Origin: Myxococcota bacterium
GTDB taxonomy: Bacteria; Myxococcota_A; UBA9160; SZUA-336
Assembly (NCBI GenBank): GCA_965247115.1
Contig: CBDFGR010000001.1
Location: 248,201-312,200, forward strand
Length of the DNA: 64,000 nucleotides
Reading direction: 5' to 3'
Shown: positions 1-9,356 of the stretch, piece after piece
Numbering within the stretch: the stretch's first letter is position 1
How the letters are laid out: each line of letters begins with the position of its first letter
Notes under the pieces: model-generated
Databases searched by the model: none
What the model was told of the DNA's origin: nothing
What the model saw: the letters and a program-made list of their open reading frames with translations, nothing else
Made by a program: the position numbers and the translations under genes

Positions 1-617
1 CATGTGTCGATCCGGTAGCGTACGTCGTGCTTGTCGAGCGAGGCGATGAGCTCGGGAATCACGTTGTCGGGCACCCAGGTGTCCGTCTCGGCGAAGCCGA
101 AGTACAGCTCGGCCCTGACGCGGTCGGCCAGGAGGTGGGGCGAGTCGAGCTCATCCGTCACGATTCCGACGCCGTAGAGGGATGCGGCCGCGCCGAAGTC
201 CTGCGGAAAGCTCCCGGCGGCAGACACCACGTACTGACCGCTCATGCAGTAGCCGATGCAGCCCTTGGGGCCGGACGCCACCTGCGGCTGGTCCGCGAGG
301 AAGCTCAGCATTCCCCGGGTGTCGCGCACGACGAGCTCGTTGGAGAGGCTCCCCATGGCGGCGAACATGCGCTTGCGCTCCTCGTCGCCAGCAGCGAGAT
401 CGAAGCGCGGTCGGCCCAGGCGGTAGTACATGTCCGGCAGGAGCACGTAGTAGCCCTGGGTGGCGATGCGGCGAGAGAAGTCGCGCAGCTCCTCGCGGAT
501 GCCAGGTGCGTCCATGTAGAGGATCACGGCAGGGAAGGGGCCCTCGCCGTCCGGGTGAGCCGCGAAGCCCTCCATCCGGCCATCCATGGTCTCGATCTCG
601 TGGGTCCGCTCGATCAC
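1..617 (-). CDS. Dienelactone hydrolase family protein (3' end runs off the window)
   Basis: Manual minus-strand translation from GTG617 (SD AGGAGG upstream): VIERTHEIETMDGRMEGFAAHPDGEGPFPAVILYMDAPGIREELRDF...GYYVLLPDMYYR...GYCMSG. Contains the G-x-C-x-x-G nucleophile elbow. Absent from the ORF track because it is truncated. Confidence 0.85.
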   Translation of the reverse strand, partial: MIERTHEIETMDGRMEGFAAHPDGEGPFPAVILYMDAPGIREELRDFSRRIATQGYYVLLPDMYYRLGRPRFDLAAGDEERKRMFAAMGSLSNELVVRDTRGMLSFLADQPQVASGPKGCIGYCMSGQYVVSAAGSFPQDFGAAASLYGVGIVTDELDSPHLLADRVRAELYFGFAETDTWVPDNVIPELIASLDKHDVRYRIDT

Positions 618-729
618 CGCTGCCTCCTCTTGTGCGAGGCACCAGCATCGCACACTGGCCGGGTAGCGTGTGATACGGTCGATCCGCAAGAGACGCCACC
701 GGATCAAACAGCTTGCAGCGGGGGTCACG

Positions 730-2094
730 ATGAGCGAAGAGGCCGAAGGCAGAGAACACAGGAACTTCGCACGCGCCCGTGAAAGTCTCGCCGCGCGCAC
801 TCCTCGCTCCGCTGAGGCAAAGGCAAGGGGATCCAAGGTGCTGGCGATGGAGGTGGTGCAGACAGTCACCATGCCCCATCCGATCTATATCGAAAGCGCC
901 GCCGGCGCGCGCGTCACGGACCTCGATGGAAACACGTACATCGACCTTACGGGCGGCTTTGGTCCACTGGTGCTCGGGCACGGGCCGCAGTGCGTGAAGG
1001 ACGCGCTAGCGGAGCAGCTCGAGCGCGGCTGGCACTTCGGCATTCACAACGCGCGGCAGGCGGAGCTCGCCGAGCTACTGCAGGAGGCAGGCCGGTGCGT
1101 CGATACCGCAGTGTTCGCGAACTCCGGCACCGAGGCCACCATGTACGCCGTCCGCCTCGGCCGCGCCTTCACGAACAAGAGCAAGATCGCGCTCTTCGAT
1201 GGCTCGTACCACGGAGTCCATGACTACGCGCTCATCAAGGCAGACACCGCGAGCCCGCGTTCGCGCCCCACCACGCGCGTCCTCGGCGGTGGTGTACCCG
1301 ACGTGATCAAAGGCGAGACCGTGATCGTTCTCCCCTACCGCGATCCGGCCGCCTACGACCTGATCCGGGAGCACAAGGACGACCTCGCCATGGTGCTGAT
1401 CGAGCCGGTCCAGAGCTCGAATCCAAGACTGGACACCGGCGACTTTCTCCACGGACTGCTCGACGTGTGCCGCGAGAGCAACGTGCTGTTCCTCATGGAC
1501 GAGGTCATCACGGGCTTCCGCATCCAGTACGGCGGCTGCCAGCAGCACTACGACATCACCCCGGACCTCGCGACGTTCGGCAAGGCGATCGGTGGCGGTC
1601 AGCCCATCGGCGCGGTGGGCGGTCGGGGCGACGTGATGAACGGCTTTACGGGCAAAGACGACGCCCCCTTCATCTTCTCCGGGGGAACGTTCTCCGGGAA
1701 CCCGTTGACCATGGCCGCCGGCATTGCAGCGGTGGGCTATATGCGGGAACGCAAGGAGACGCTCTACCCCTACCTGAATGATCAGGGCAATCGCTTCGCC
1801 GAAGCCGTCAACAGCTTCTGCCGCGACAACGACATCCCAGCCCAGGTCATGAACGCGGCCTCGATGTTCCACCTCATATTCCAGGGCGGAGAGATCGGCG
1901 GATCGCGGGACATCACAAACGAGAATCGCACGGCCGAGCGCCAGTTCTACCTACACCTCATGAACCACGGAGTGATCGTTCCGGGCATACACCTGGCGTT
2001 CCTCTCTGCCGCCCATACACCCGCAGACGTCGATGAGGTCATCGAAGCCTTCCAGGCCTCCTTCCTGGACGTGCGCGAAGACGGCTTGCTCTAG
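730..2094 (+). CDS. Class III PLP-dependent aminotransferase, glutamate-1-semialdehyde aminomutase-like
   Basis: Motifs DLDGNTYID, NSGTEATM, GSYHG, DEVITGFR, TFGKAIGGG (PLP lysine) and GGTFSGNP. Confidence 0.9.
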   Translation: MSEEAEGREHRNFARARESLAARTPRSAEAKARGSKVLAMEVVQTVTMPHPIYIESAAGARVTDLDGNTYIDLTGGFGPLVLGHGPQCVKDALAEQLERGWHFGIHNARQAELAELLQEAGRCVDTAVFANSGTEATMYAVRLGRAFTNKSKIALFDGSYHGVHDYALIKADTASPRSRPTTRVLGGGVPDVIKGETVIVLPYRDPAAYDLIREHKDDLAMVLIEPVQSSNPRLDTGDFLHGLLDVCRESNVLFLMDEVITGFRIQYGGCQQHYDITPDLATFGKAIGGGQPIGAVGGRGDVMNGFTGKDDAPFIFSGGTFSGNPLTMAAGIAAVGYMRERKETLYPYLNDQGNRFAEAVNSFCRDNDIPAQVMNAASMFHLIFQGGEIGGSRDITNENRTAERQFYLHLMNHGVIVPGIHLAFLSAAHTPADVDEVIEAFQASFLDVREDGLL

Positions 2095-2103
2095 TCGAGC
2101 GAT

Positions 2104-2166
2104 AAGACCGACGTTCTCCGGTCGAAGACCGACGTTCTTCGGTCTCTGAGACCGACGTTGTCGTCG
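2104..2166. repeat. Three tandem copies of an AGACCGACGTT-core repeat, each an imperfect palindrome
   Basis: aagaccgacgttctccggtc (2104), aagaccgacgttcttcggtc (2125), agaccgacgttgtcgtcgg (2149). Confidence 0.75.
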
Positions 2167-2197
2167 GGGCGGAGAACCTCTACTACTTGCGGGGCGC

Positions 2198-2274
2198 GCT
2201 CCCGTAGCTCATTTGGATAGAGCATTCGCCTCCTAAGCGAAGGGTAGTAGGTTCGAATCCTACCGGGAGCGCCA
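2198..2274 (+). tRNA. tRNA-Arg(CCT)
   Basis: Acceptor stem GCTCCCG/CGGGAGC, anticodon arm TTCGC-CTCCTAA-GCGAA, T-loop TTCGAAT, encoded CCA. Confidence 0.97.
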
Positions 2275-2282
2275 GTCAGCGC

Positions 2283-2621
2283 TCAGAAGAGCAGGATCTG
2301 CTCGTAGAACTCGAGAAACTGCTCCGACGCACCTTCGAAGCGTACGCCAAAGCCCGGACGGGCGTCCGGCTGCTCTAGCTCAGTCGTGCTCCAGACCACG
2401 ATGCGCTCGATCTCGACCTTGCGCCCCTGCTGGGTGTGGAAGAGGACGCGGATCTCACTGCCCGGCTCGGGTAGCACGTCGGAGCGCAGGAAGAGGCCGC
2501 CTTTGCTCACGTTCTTCACGTGACCCTTGCCGCGCACCTCGCCGGACTCGAAAGAGGCCGGGACGCGCGCGACGCTGCGCTTGAGCTTGCGCCGCTCGAT
2601 CCCGCCTGTGCTTCTCGCCAT
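2283..2621 (-). CDS. Single-domain PilZ protein (putative c-di-GMP binding)
   Basis: RxxxR motif (ERRKLKR), NVSKGG motif and the C-terminal GFGVRF strand. Confidence 0.8.
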   Translation of the reverse strand: MARSTGGIERRKLKRSVARVPASFESGEVRGKGHVKNVSKGGLFLRSDVLPEPGSEIRVLFHTQQGRKVEIERIVVWSTTELEQPDARPGFGVRFEGASEQFLEFYEQILLF

Positions 2622-2735
2622 TTGGCCTTCCTCTCCCAGTCGTCGGGCCTATCGGTCCGCGGCCGGGCAGGCTTGACGAGCGCCAGGGACGGAAAAGCGC
2701 CTACTATAGAGTCCGCGCGGGCCTCTGGAGAGCGA

Positions 2736-3707
2736 ATGGAGAAGGCAGACCTCGACGCGGTGCTCCGGCGCCATGGACTGGAGCCACTCACTCGCGCGCG
2801 GGTCGACACTCTGCAGCTGAACGTGACGCTGCGCTGCAACCTCGCCTGCCACCACTGTCACGTGGAGTCCGGGCCCAAGCGCACCGAGGCCATGGACGAG
2901 GCCGTGGTCGCCCGGGTGCTCGATCTCCTCGCGGCGAGTCCCGGCGTGCGGACGCTCGACCTCACGGGCGGCGCTCCGGAGATGCACCCGGATTTCCGGG
3001 TCTTGGTGGAGGGGGCACGGGCGCTGGGACTCGAGGTGATCGACCGCTGCAATCTCACCATCCTCCACGAGCGCGGATATCGGGATCTGCCGGAGTTCCT
3101 CGCCAAGAACGGCGTGACGGTGATCGCTTCGCTGCCCTGCTACACCGGGGAGAACGTCGAGAGCCAACGCGGGCGAGAGGTGTTCGACCGCAGCATCGAG
3201 GCACTGCGCTGGCTGAACAGCCTGGGCTACGGTCGCGCGAGCTCGGACCTGAGTCTCGACCTGGTCCACAACCCGCTTGGTCCCTCGCTTCCGCCTCCGC
3301 AGGGCGAGCTCGAGAAGGAGTACAAGGTCGAGCTCCGGGAGCGCTTCGGGATCGAGTTCCACCGCCTGCTCGCGATCACGAACATGCCGATCAAGCGCTT
3401 CGGCGACATGCTCGTGAGACGCGGCCAGGCTTCCGAGTACCTCTCGCTCCTGGTCAATCACTTCAATCCACGCGTCGTCCCCCAGGTCATGTGCAGAACG
3501 CTCGTCTCGGTGGGACACGACGGACAGCTCTACGATTGCGACTTCAACCTGGCGCTCGAGCTTCCGCTCGCTGGCAAGCGCCGGACGCTGTGGGAGATCG
3601 AGACCCTATCCGAGCTGGAGGGCGATCCCATCGCGACGGCCTCGCACTGCTTCGGCTGCACGGCGGGCGCGGGATCCAGCTGCGGCGGAATCCTCGAGGA
3701 GAGCTAG
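2736..3707 (+). CDS. arsS: ArsS-type radical SAM protein (DUF3641 C-terminus)
   Basis: CNLACHHCH radical SAM motif, LDLTGGAPE, DRCNLT, ASLPCY, LYDCDFN and C-terminal HCFGCTAGAGSSCGG. Confidence 0.85.
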   Translation: MEKADLDAVLRRHGLEPLTRARVDTLQLNVTLRCNLACHHCHVESGPKRTEAMDEAVVARVLDLLAASPGVRTLDLTGGAPEMHPDFRVLVEGARALGLEVIDRCNLTILHERGYRDLPEFLAKNGVTVIASLPCYTGENVESQRGREVFDRSIEALRWLNSLGYGRASSDLSLDLVHNPLGPSLPPPQGELEKEYKVELRERFGIEFHRLLAITNMPIKRFGDMLVRRGQASEYLSLLVNHFNPRVVPQVMCRTLVSVGHDGQLYDCDFNLALELPLAGKRRTLWEIETLSELEGDPIATASHCFGCTAGAGSSCGGILEES

Positions 3708-3955
3708 CGACTCTGCTCGGCCTTGCGCGCTTGCAGGATCGCCCGGAGCAGCTCCTGGGGCGCGTCCTGCGGCGGAGGTCCTTCCGAGATCTGGCAGACG
3801 GACTTCCCGAGTCGCACTGTGGTCTTGTAGCTCTCGAGATAGTCCAGGCACGGCGGGCAGCAGTCCAGGTGCTCCTCGAAGATGCGGGCCTGTGCGGGGG
3901 GCAGCTCCCCGCTCGAGTAGTCGGTCAAGAACTCAACCATTTCTCGACAGGTCAT
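3704..3955 (-). CDS. Zinc-binding anti-sigma factor (zf-HC2)
   Basis: MTCRE...FEEHLDCCPPC (HxxxCxxC). Overlaps the sigma factor gene by 4 nt. Confidence 0.88.
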   Translation of the reverse strand: MTCREMVEFLTDYSSGELPPAQARIFEEHLDCCPPCLDYLESYKTTVRLGKSVCQISEGPPPQDAPQELLRAILQARKAEQSR

Positions 3956-4569
3956 CCCTCGGCTCCCTCGCGCATGTGTGGGTCCAGCAGCGTCCGCAGC
4001 GCCAGCCGGGCCCGGTGAAGGCGGATCTTGACGGCGTTCGGCGTGACCTCGAGCAGGTCGGCTGTCTCCTTGGTGTCCAGCTCTTCGATGTCACGCAGAA
4101 GCAGAACGTTCCGGTAGATCTCCGGAAGCTCGTCGATCAGCTCGCGCACCATCGCTCGTGTCTCCTGACTCTCGAGCACCTCGTGCGCCGTCCTCTTCCA
4201 CTCCACCGGTGTGGTGCTCTGATGACCATCTTCGATAAAGGTCGGGAGCAGCTCTTCGATAGGAGTCTCTGGCCGTCGCTTGCGCGAGCGGATCTTCATG
4301 AGCGCGGCGTTCACGACGATGCGGTGCAGCCAGGTGGAGAGGCGCGAGCCTCCCTCGAAGCGATCGATGGCCCTGAAGGCGGACAGAAACGCATCCTGCA
4401 CGACGTCGTGCGCGTCCTCCTCGCTACCCAGCATGCGTCGCGCCACCGAGAGGAGCCTGCCGGCCTGCTCGTTCACCAGCCGCTCGTAGGCGTCGTCGTC
4501 GCCGGCGCGCAGACGTCCGATGAGCTCGGACTCCTCGAGCCGGTCGGGAGCGGCGCTCGACGTCGTCAT
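3952..4569 (-). CDS. ECF RNA polymerase sigma-70 factor
   Basis: Region 2 DVVQDAFLSAFRAIDRFEGGSRLSTWLHRIVVN and region 4 ETADLLEVTPNAVKIRLHRAR. Confidence 0.92.
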   Translation of the reverse strand: MTTSSAAPDRLEESELIGRLRAGDDDAYERLVNEQAGRLLSVARRMLGSEEDAHDVVQDAFLSAFRAIDRFEGGSRLSTWLHRIVVNAALMKIRSRKRRPETPIEELLPTFIEDGHQSTTPVEWKRTAHEVLESQETRAMVRELIDELPEIYRNVLLLRDIEELDTKETADLLEVTPNAVKIRLHRARLALRTLLDPHMREGAEG

Positions 4570-4644
4570 CCACGCCAGGATACCGCAGCGGGAGACGCGG
4601 AGCCGGCTTGACACCCCCTATGCAGGAGCGAGACTCGCGCGGCA

Positions 4645-5670
4645 ATGCGAATCGGTCTGCTGACTGGGGGTGGGGACTGTCCGGGTTTGAACGGGGTCAT
4701 TCGAGCCGTGGTTCGCCGCGCCGTAGCGCGCGACAGCGAGGTGGTCGGCATCCTCGAGGGCTGGCGCGGACTCATCGAAGGCCACACGCGCACGATCGAG
4801 CCCGAAGAGGTGCGAGGGCTGCTGCGCATGGGCGGTACGGTGCTGCGGACCTCGCGCACCAACCCGTTCCGTGCGCCCGAGGTGTTCGAGCAGATGGCCG
4901 AGAGCTGGAAGCGTCTCGGCCTCGACGCGCTCATTGCGATTGGGGGTGAGGACACCCTCGGCGTGGCTGCCCAGCTCCATCGAGAGCAGAGCTGGCCCGT
5001 CGTGGGAGTTCCGAAGACGATCGACAATGACATCTCCGCTACCGACTACACCTTCGGCTTCGATACTGCGGTCTCGATCGCGACCGAGGCCATCGACCGC
5101 CTCCACACCACCGCGGAGAGTCACAACCGCGTCATGGTCGTCGAGGTCATGGGTCGCCACACCGGCTGGATCGCGATCCACGCTGGGATCGCCGGTGGGG
5201 CCAGCTACATCGCGATTCCCGAGCGCGAGGTGAGCATCGAGGAGATCTGCAACTCACTGGTCGAGCGCGCCGGCTCGGGCCGGAACTACAGCATCGTCGT
5301 GGTTGCCGAGGGCGCCCGCATCCACGGCCTCGAGGGCGGTCGCAGCTCTCGGACCGACGAGTTCGGCCATTCCCTGCTGGGCGGGATCGGCCATGCGCTG
5401 GCGGAACGTGTCGGCGAGCAGACTGGCTTCGAGACGCGCGTGACCGTGCTGGGCCACGTCCAGCGTGGAGGTACGCCGACGGCCTACGATCGCGTGCTCT
5501 CGACTCGTTACGGCGTTCTCGCCTGCGACCTCGTGCACCGGGAACAGTTCGGAACCATGGTGGCCTTGCGGGGGAACGAGGTCCTCGCCGTCGACCTCCA
5601 GCAGGCCGTCGCCGAGCCCAAGACGGTCGATCCCCAGCTGATCGCGCTGGCGGAGATCTTCTTCAACTGA
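4645..5670 (+). CDS. pfkA: 6-phosphofructokinase (group III, probably PPi-dependent)
   Basis: TGGGDCPGLN, GGEDT, PKTIDND, EVMGRH and LGHVQRGG motifs. Confidence 0.93.
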   Translation: MRIGLLTGGGDCPGLNGVIRAVVRRAVARDSEVVGILEGWRGLIEGHTRTIEPEEVRGLLRMGGTVLRTSRTNPFRAPEVFEQMAESWKRLGLDALIAIGGEDTLGVAAQLHREQSWPVVGVPKTIDNDISATDYTFGFDTAVSIATEAIDRLHTTAESHNRVMVVEVMGRHTGWIAIHAGIAGGASYIAIPEREVSIEEICNSLVERAGSGRNYSIVVVAEGARIHGLEGGRSSRTDEFGHSLLGGIGHALAERVGEQTGFETRVTVLGHVQRGGTPTAYDRVLSTRYGVLACDLVHREQFGTMVALRGNEVLAVDLQQAVAEPKTVDPQLIALAEIFFN

Positions 5671-5737
5671 GGCAGATGACGCTCACTCGTGCGCGTCGTC
5701 AACTCCGCAGCTGCGTGCTCCGATACTGCTCGAGAGC

Positions 5738-6391
5738 GTGAGAGAATTCCGCAGCAAGGACACCTGGACGATCTTCCGGATCATGGCCGAGTTCGTCGAG
5801 GGCTTCGAGACCCTCGGCCCCGTCTGGCCGGCGGTATCGATTTTCGGGGGCGCTCGTGTCCAGCGCTCGAATCCCACCTACGCTCTCTCCCGCGAGATCG
5901 CTCGATCCCTCGCAGAGGAGGGCTTCGCAATCGTCACCGGTGGAGGTCCGGGAGCGATGGAGGCCGCGAATCGCGGCGCCAAGGAGGCGAATGCCCCCTC
6001 GATCGGCCTCAACATCAAGCTGCCCAAAGAGCAGGACTCGAACCCCTACGCAGACACGGTGATCCACTTCGACTACTTCTTTGCGCGCAAGGTGATGTTT
6101 GTGAAGTACTCGTGCGCGTTCGTCGGGCTCCCTGGCGGCTTCGGGACGCTCGACGAGATGTTCGAGTGCCTCACGCTCAAGCAGACCGAGAAAATGAGGA
6201 ACTTCCCGGTGATCCTCGTCGACTCGAGCTACTGGGGCGGTCTGGTCGACTGGCTGCACGACGTCGCCTTGCGGCGCGGCATGATCTCGAAGCGCGATCT
6301 GAAGCTCTTTCGCGTGGTCGACACTGCCGAGGAAGTCACGCGACTTGTCGCGCAAAGCTGGAAGCGCCAGCAGCAGCAGCTGCCCGCGTAG
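5738..6391 (+). CDS. LOG family (TIGR00730) nucleotide monophosphate phosphoribohydrolase
   Basis: TGGGPGAMEAANRGA, FFARKVMF and PGGFGTLDE motifs. Confidence 0.9.
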   Translation: MREFRSKDTWTIFRIMAEFVEGFETLGPVWPAVSIFGGARVQRSNPTYALSREIARSLAEEGFAIVTGGGPGAMEAANRGAKEANAPSIGLNIKLPKEQDSNPYADTVIHFDYFFARKVMFVKYSCAFVGLPGGFGTLDEMFECLTLKQTEKMRNFPVILVDSSYWGGLVDWLHDVALRRGMISKRDLKLFRVVDTAEEVTRLVAQSWKRQQQQLPA

Positions 6392-6667
6392 CTATTGCCA
6401 GCGGTACTCGCGGCTGCACGTCCTGCAGAGCAGGCGCTCACCACGCCTGGACAGCGGTGCCCCGCAGTCGCAGCGCCCTGCGAGACGGTGGGCGATAGCC
6501 TCTAGCTCGGCCCCATCGCCGGCACCGACCTCGATCGCAAAGTGGTTTCCCTCTCGCACCACAATCGCGTCCGACACCAAGAGGCGGGTGCATTCTGGCT
6601 CGGCGGTCTCGGGCAGCGTCTCGCGGAGGACGGAAAGGGCACGTCCGGTCAGGTCCTGGATCTTCAT
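6392..6667 (-). CDS. Small hypothetical protein with C-terminal zinc ribbon
   Basis: ATG6667 MKIQDLTG...RCDCGAPL...LLCRTCSREYRW. Fills the gap between neighbouring genes. Confidence 0.55.
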   Translation of the reverse strand: MKIQDLTGRALSVLRETLPETAEPECTRLLVSDAIVVREGNHFAIEVGAGDGAELEAIAHRLAGRCDCGAPLSRRGERLLCRTCSREYRWQ

Positions 6668-6779
6668 GACGTGCGAATACAGCAAAGGCCGTGCCCGCTC
6701 CCGAGTGGCCGGGCGCAGCGCGAGGCGGCGTGAGGGCCAGGAAGCTGCCAAAAAGGGGAAGATCCTTGCCCAGCCCGGG

Positions 6780-7073
6780 CTACTTCAGGACGAAGGTGAT
6801 GTGGGTCTGCCCGATCACGACCTCGTCGCCATCCTCGAGCTCGGCCGAGCGCTGCTTCTTGCCGTTGACCCGGATCCCATTGGTGCTCTGGAGATCCTCG
6901 ATCGTATAGGCGCTGTCCTCCCAGAGGATCACCGCGTGCTCGCGGCTCATACTCTCGTCCTTGAAGCGGAGGTCGTTCGTGGGGGCGCGGCCGATCAGGG
7001 TCTCGGCCGACTGGAGCTGGTAGATCTCGTCCGGATGGCCATCGCGGCGCAGAATCAGCTCAGCTTCCCTCAC
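6780..7073 (-). CDS. FHA domain protein
   Basis: IGRAPTND, MSREHA, DLQSTNG and LEDGDEVVIG are canonical FHA motifs. GTG7073 is the probable start. Confidence 0.88.
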   Translation of the reverse strand: MREAELILRRDGHPDEIYQLQSAETLIGRAPTNDLRFKDESMSREHAVILWEDSAYTIEDLQSTNGIRVNGKKQRSAELEDGDEVVIGQTHITFVLK

Positions 7074-7105
7074 AGATCGGCGATCGGCAGCGCCTCTTCG
7101 CGGCT

Positions 7106-7912
7106 TTAGACGTCGAGCCGCCGGTGCTTGAGCGCGGGAAGGCGGGCCCGAATGTCCTCCAGACGCTGGAAGTCCAGCTCCGCCAGGGCCATCCCCTCGC
7201 CGTCGGCCGCCGTGGCGAGCACGGTGCCCCACGGGTCGATGATGAGCGAGCGTCCGTAAGAGCGCCGCGTGGTGTTGTGCTCTCCGTACTGCGCTGCGGC
7301 CAGCACGAAGGCCTGGTTCTCGATCGCCCGGGCCCGCAGCAATACTTCCCAGTGATCGCGTCCGGTGGGGACCGTGAAGGCGGAGGGAACGAGGAGGATG
7401 CGGGCGCCCCGTGTCGCGAGCTTGCGGTAGAGCTCAGGGAAGCGCATGTCGTAGCAGACCGAAAGGCCGATCGCGCCAAGCGACGTGTCTGCTACTACCA
7501 GCTCGCTGCCTGCTGCCACCGTGCGCGATTCGTGTAGCGACGCGCCCGGGAGCTCCACGTCGAACAAATGGATCTTGCGGTAGACGCCCCGGATCTCGCC
7601 GTCGCTGTCGACCAGGACCGACGTGTTGTAGACACGGGTAGCGTCGTCCGTTCGCTCCGGGAACGTGCCGCCCGCGATCACCACTTGGTGGTGCCGCGCC
7701 AGGTCGCGGAGCAGGCGCGTCAGGGGACCGTCCAGGTCCTGGGCAAAGGGATTCGGCCCCGTTTCGAACTCCTCACGCATGACGAGCAGGTTTTCCGGCA
7801 GAGCGACGAGCTGGGCGCCAGCCCGGGCCGCTCGCTCGATCCAATGGGTAGCGGTCTCGAGGTTACGCTCGGGATCGCCGCCCGATGTGATCTGAACCAC
7901 GGCGGCTATCAT
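7106..7912 (-). CDS. Carbon-nitrogen hydrolase (Nit1-like deaminated glutathione amidase family)
   Basis: E-K-C triad: LPEN, YRKIHLFDV, VCYDMRFPE. Also RARAIENQ and YGRSLIIDPWG. Confidence 0.92.
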   Translation of the reverse strand: MIAAVVQITSGGDPERNLETATHWIERAARAGAQLVALPENLLVMREEFETGPNPFAQDLDGPLTRLLRDLARHHQVVIAGGTFPERTDDATRVYNTSVLVDSDGEIRGVYRKIHLFDVELPGASLHESRTVAAGSELVVADTSLGAIGLSVCYDMRFPELYRKLATRGARILLVPSAFTVPTGRDHWEVLLRARAIENQAFVLAAAQYGEHNTTRRSYGRSLIIDPWGTVLATAADGEGMALAELDFQRLEDIRARLPALKHRRLDV

Positions 7913-7946
7913 GCGCGCTGAGCTTAGCACTCGAGGTGGAGGTGCG

Positions 7947-9200
7947 ATGGGGGAGCTGCTGCGGGTGGACCTGCGCCGCGCCGGCATCAAGCGGGCGGAG
8001 CTCCAGGCCCACGCAGCAACGCTGCGCTCCGCGCGCACGGACCTCTACGACACCGCGGAAGGGGAGTTCCTGCGCCTACCCCACGACAAGGAACTTCTGC
8101 AGCAGATCAGGCGCTACTCCAGGACGCGCCCCGCGGGGGTGACCGACGTGGTACAGCTGGGCATTGGCGGTAGCTCGCTCGGTGCTCGCGCCCTGTGCGC
8201 CGCCCTCGTACCGCCAGGCTCGAACGCGCGTCGCGGAGCCCTGCGCAGCCACTTCCCCGACAACGTTGATCCGGAGCACTTCGGCCCCCTTCTCGAGCTG
8301 CTTGACCCGCGCCGCACGCTGGTCCACGTGGTCAGCAAGTCGGGCAGTACCCTCGAAACGCTCGCGCAGCTCGCGGCCCTGCGCAGCGCCTGGGGAAAGA
8401 GCGCCAGGCTCGACCACTTCATTGTCACCACCCAAGCAAAGAGCGAGCTGGCGAGGTACGCGCTCAAGGAGGGCATCTCGCACGTCCTCACCTTTCCCAA
8501 ACACGTTGCCGGACGCTTCTCCGTGTTCACCGCCAGCGGACTCCTGGTGCCGACACTGTGCGGTGTAAACGTGAGCCGGGTCCTCGCGGGAGCGCGTGCC
8601 ATGGAGTCGCGCTGCCGCCGCGACCCGCTCGCTGGCCCAGCGGGCAGACTCGCAGCCACCCAGTTCCTGCACGAGCGCCGCGGCCGCCCGATCCACGTGG
8701 AGATGATCTACGCAGACGCCCTTCTCCCGCTCGGCGACTGGTTCCGCCAGATCTGGGCCGAGAGCCTCGGCAAGGGAGGGAAGGGCGCCACTCCCGTCGT
8801 CGCCCGTGGTGCCACCGATCAGCACTCCCAGCTCCAGCTCTACGTCGCCGGCCCGGACGACAAGCTCTACACCCTGGTCCTGGTGGACAAGCTCCGCGCC
8901 GGCCGCCGTATCACCCGCCGCACCGAATCCCCGGTTCTCCATGGCCGCGACCTCGGCGAGATCCTGCGCGCCGAAGCGCAAGGCACGCGCGAAGCCCTCC
9001 TAGAAGCCAACCGCCCCCTCATCGAGCTCCACCTCCCCCGCATCACCCCGGAGATCGTCGGCGAGCTACTGCTGATGCAGCAATACCAAACGGCCCTGGC
9101 AGGAGCCCTCTACGGAGTAAACCCCTTTGACCAACCCGGCGTAGAATCCGGCAAACAAGCCACCCTCCACCTCCTCAAACAACCCCCAAAGAAAACCTAG
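7947..9200 (+). CDS. pgi: Glucose-6-phosphate isomerase (short form)
   Basis: GIGGSSLG, VSKSGSTLET, GRFSVFT, QIWAESLGK, DQHSQLQ and NPFDQPGVESGK motifs. Confidence 0.93.
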   Translation: MGELLRVDLRRAGIKRAELQAHAATLRSARTDLYDTAEGEFLRLPHDKELLQQIRRYSRTRPAGVTDVVQLGIGGSSLGARALCAALVPPGSNARRGALRSHFPDNVDPEHFGPLLELLDPRRTLVHVVSKSGSTLETLAQLAALRSAWGKSARLDHFIVTTQAKSELARYALKEGISHVLTFPKHVAGRFSVFTASGLLVPTLCGVNVSRVLAGARAMESRCRRDPLAGPAGRLAATQFLHERRGRPIHVEMIYADALLPLGDWFRQIWAESLGKGGKGATPVVARGATDQHSQLQLYVAGPDDKLYTLVLVDKLRAGRRITRRTESPVLHGRDLGEILRAEAQGTREALLEANRPLIELHLPRITPEIVGELLLMQQYQTALAGALYGVNPFDQPGVESGKQATLHLLKQPPKKT

Positions 9201-9231
9201 AGACACTCTCCAACCCACAAGCAGGCAAGGA

Positions 9232-9347
9232 GGCCGGAGGTCGGGGACACTTCCCTTGGCGGACCGTGTAGCGCTGTCGGAAGCAACCCCCACCTCTGCA
9301 CCGGCAAAAGCGAGGTCCGCCAAGGGAAGTGTCCCCGACCTCCGGCC
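9232..9347. repeat. Perfect 34-bp inverted repeat with a 48-nt spacer between convergent genes (REP/MITE-like or bidirectional terminator)
   Basis: ggccggaggtcggggacacttcccttggcggacc (9232-9265) is the exact reverse complement of 9314-9347. Confidence 0.9.
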
Positions 9348-9356
9348 GGCCTACCG

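Noticed and set aside
2104..2166. Possible mini CRISPR array
   Set aside because: The units are nearly contiguous with no 25-45 nt unique spacers, and there are no cas genes in the window.
2736..3707. ArsS as a selenoprotein or part of an arsenosugar cluster
   Set aside because: The C-terminal motif is Cys-encoded (GSSCGG, tgc) with no in-frame TGA, and no ars methyltransferase or glycosyltransferase genes are adjacent.
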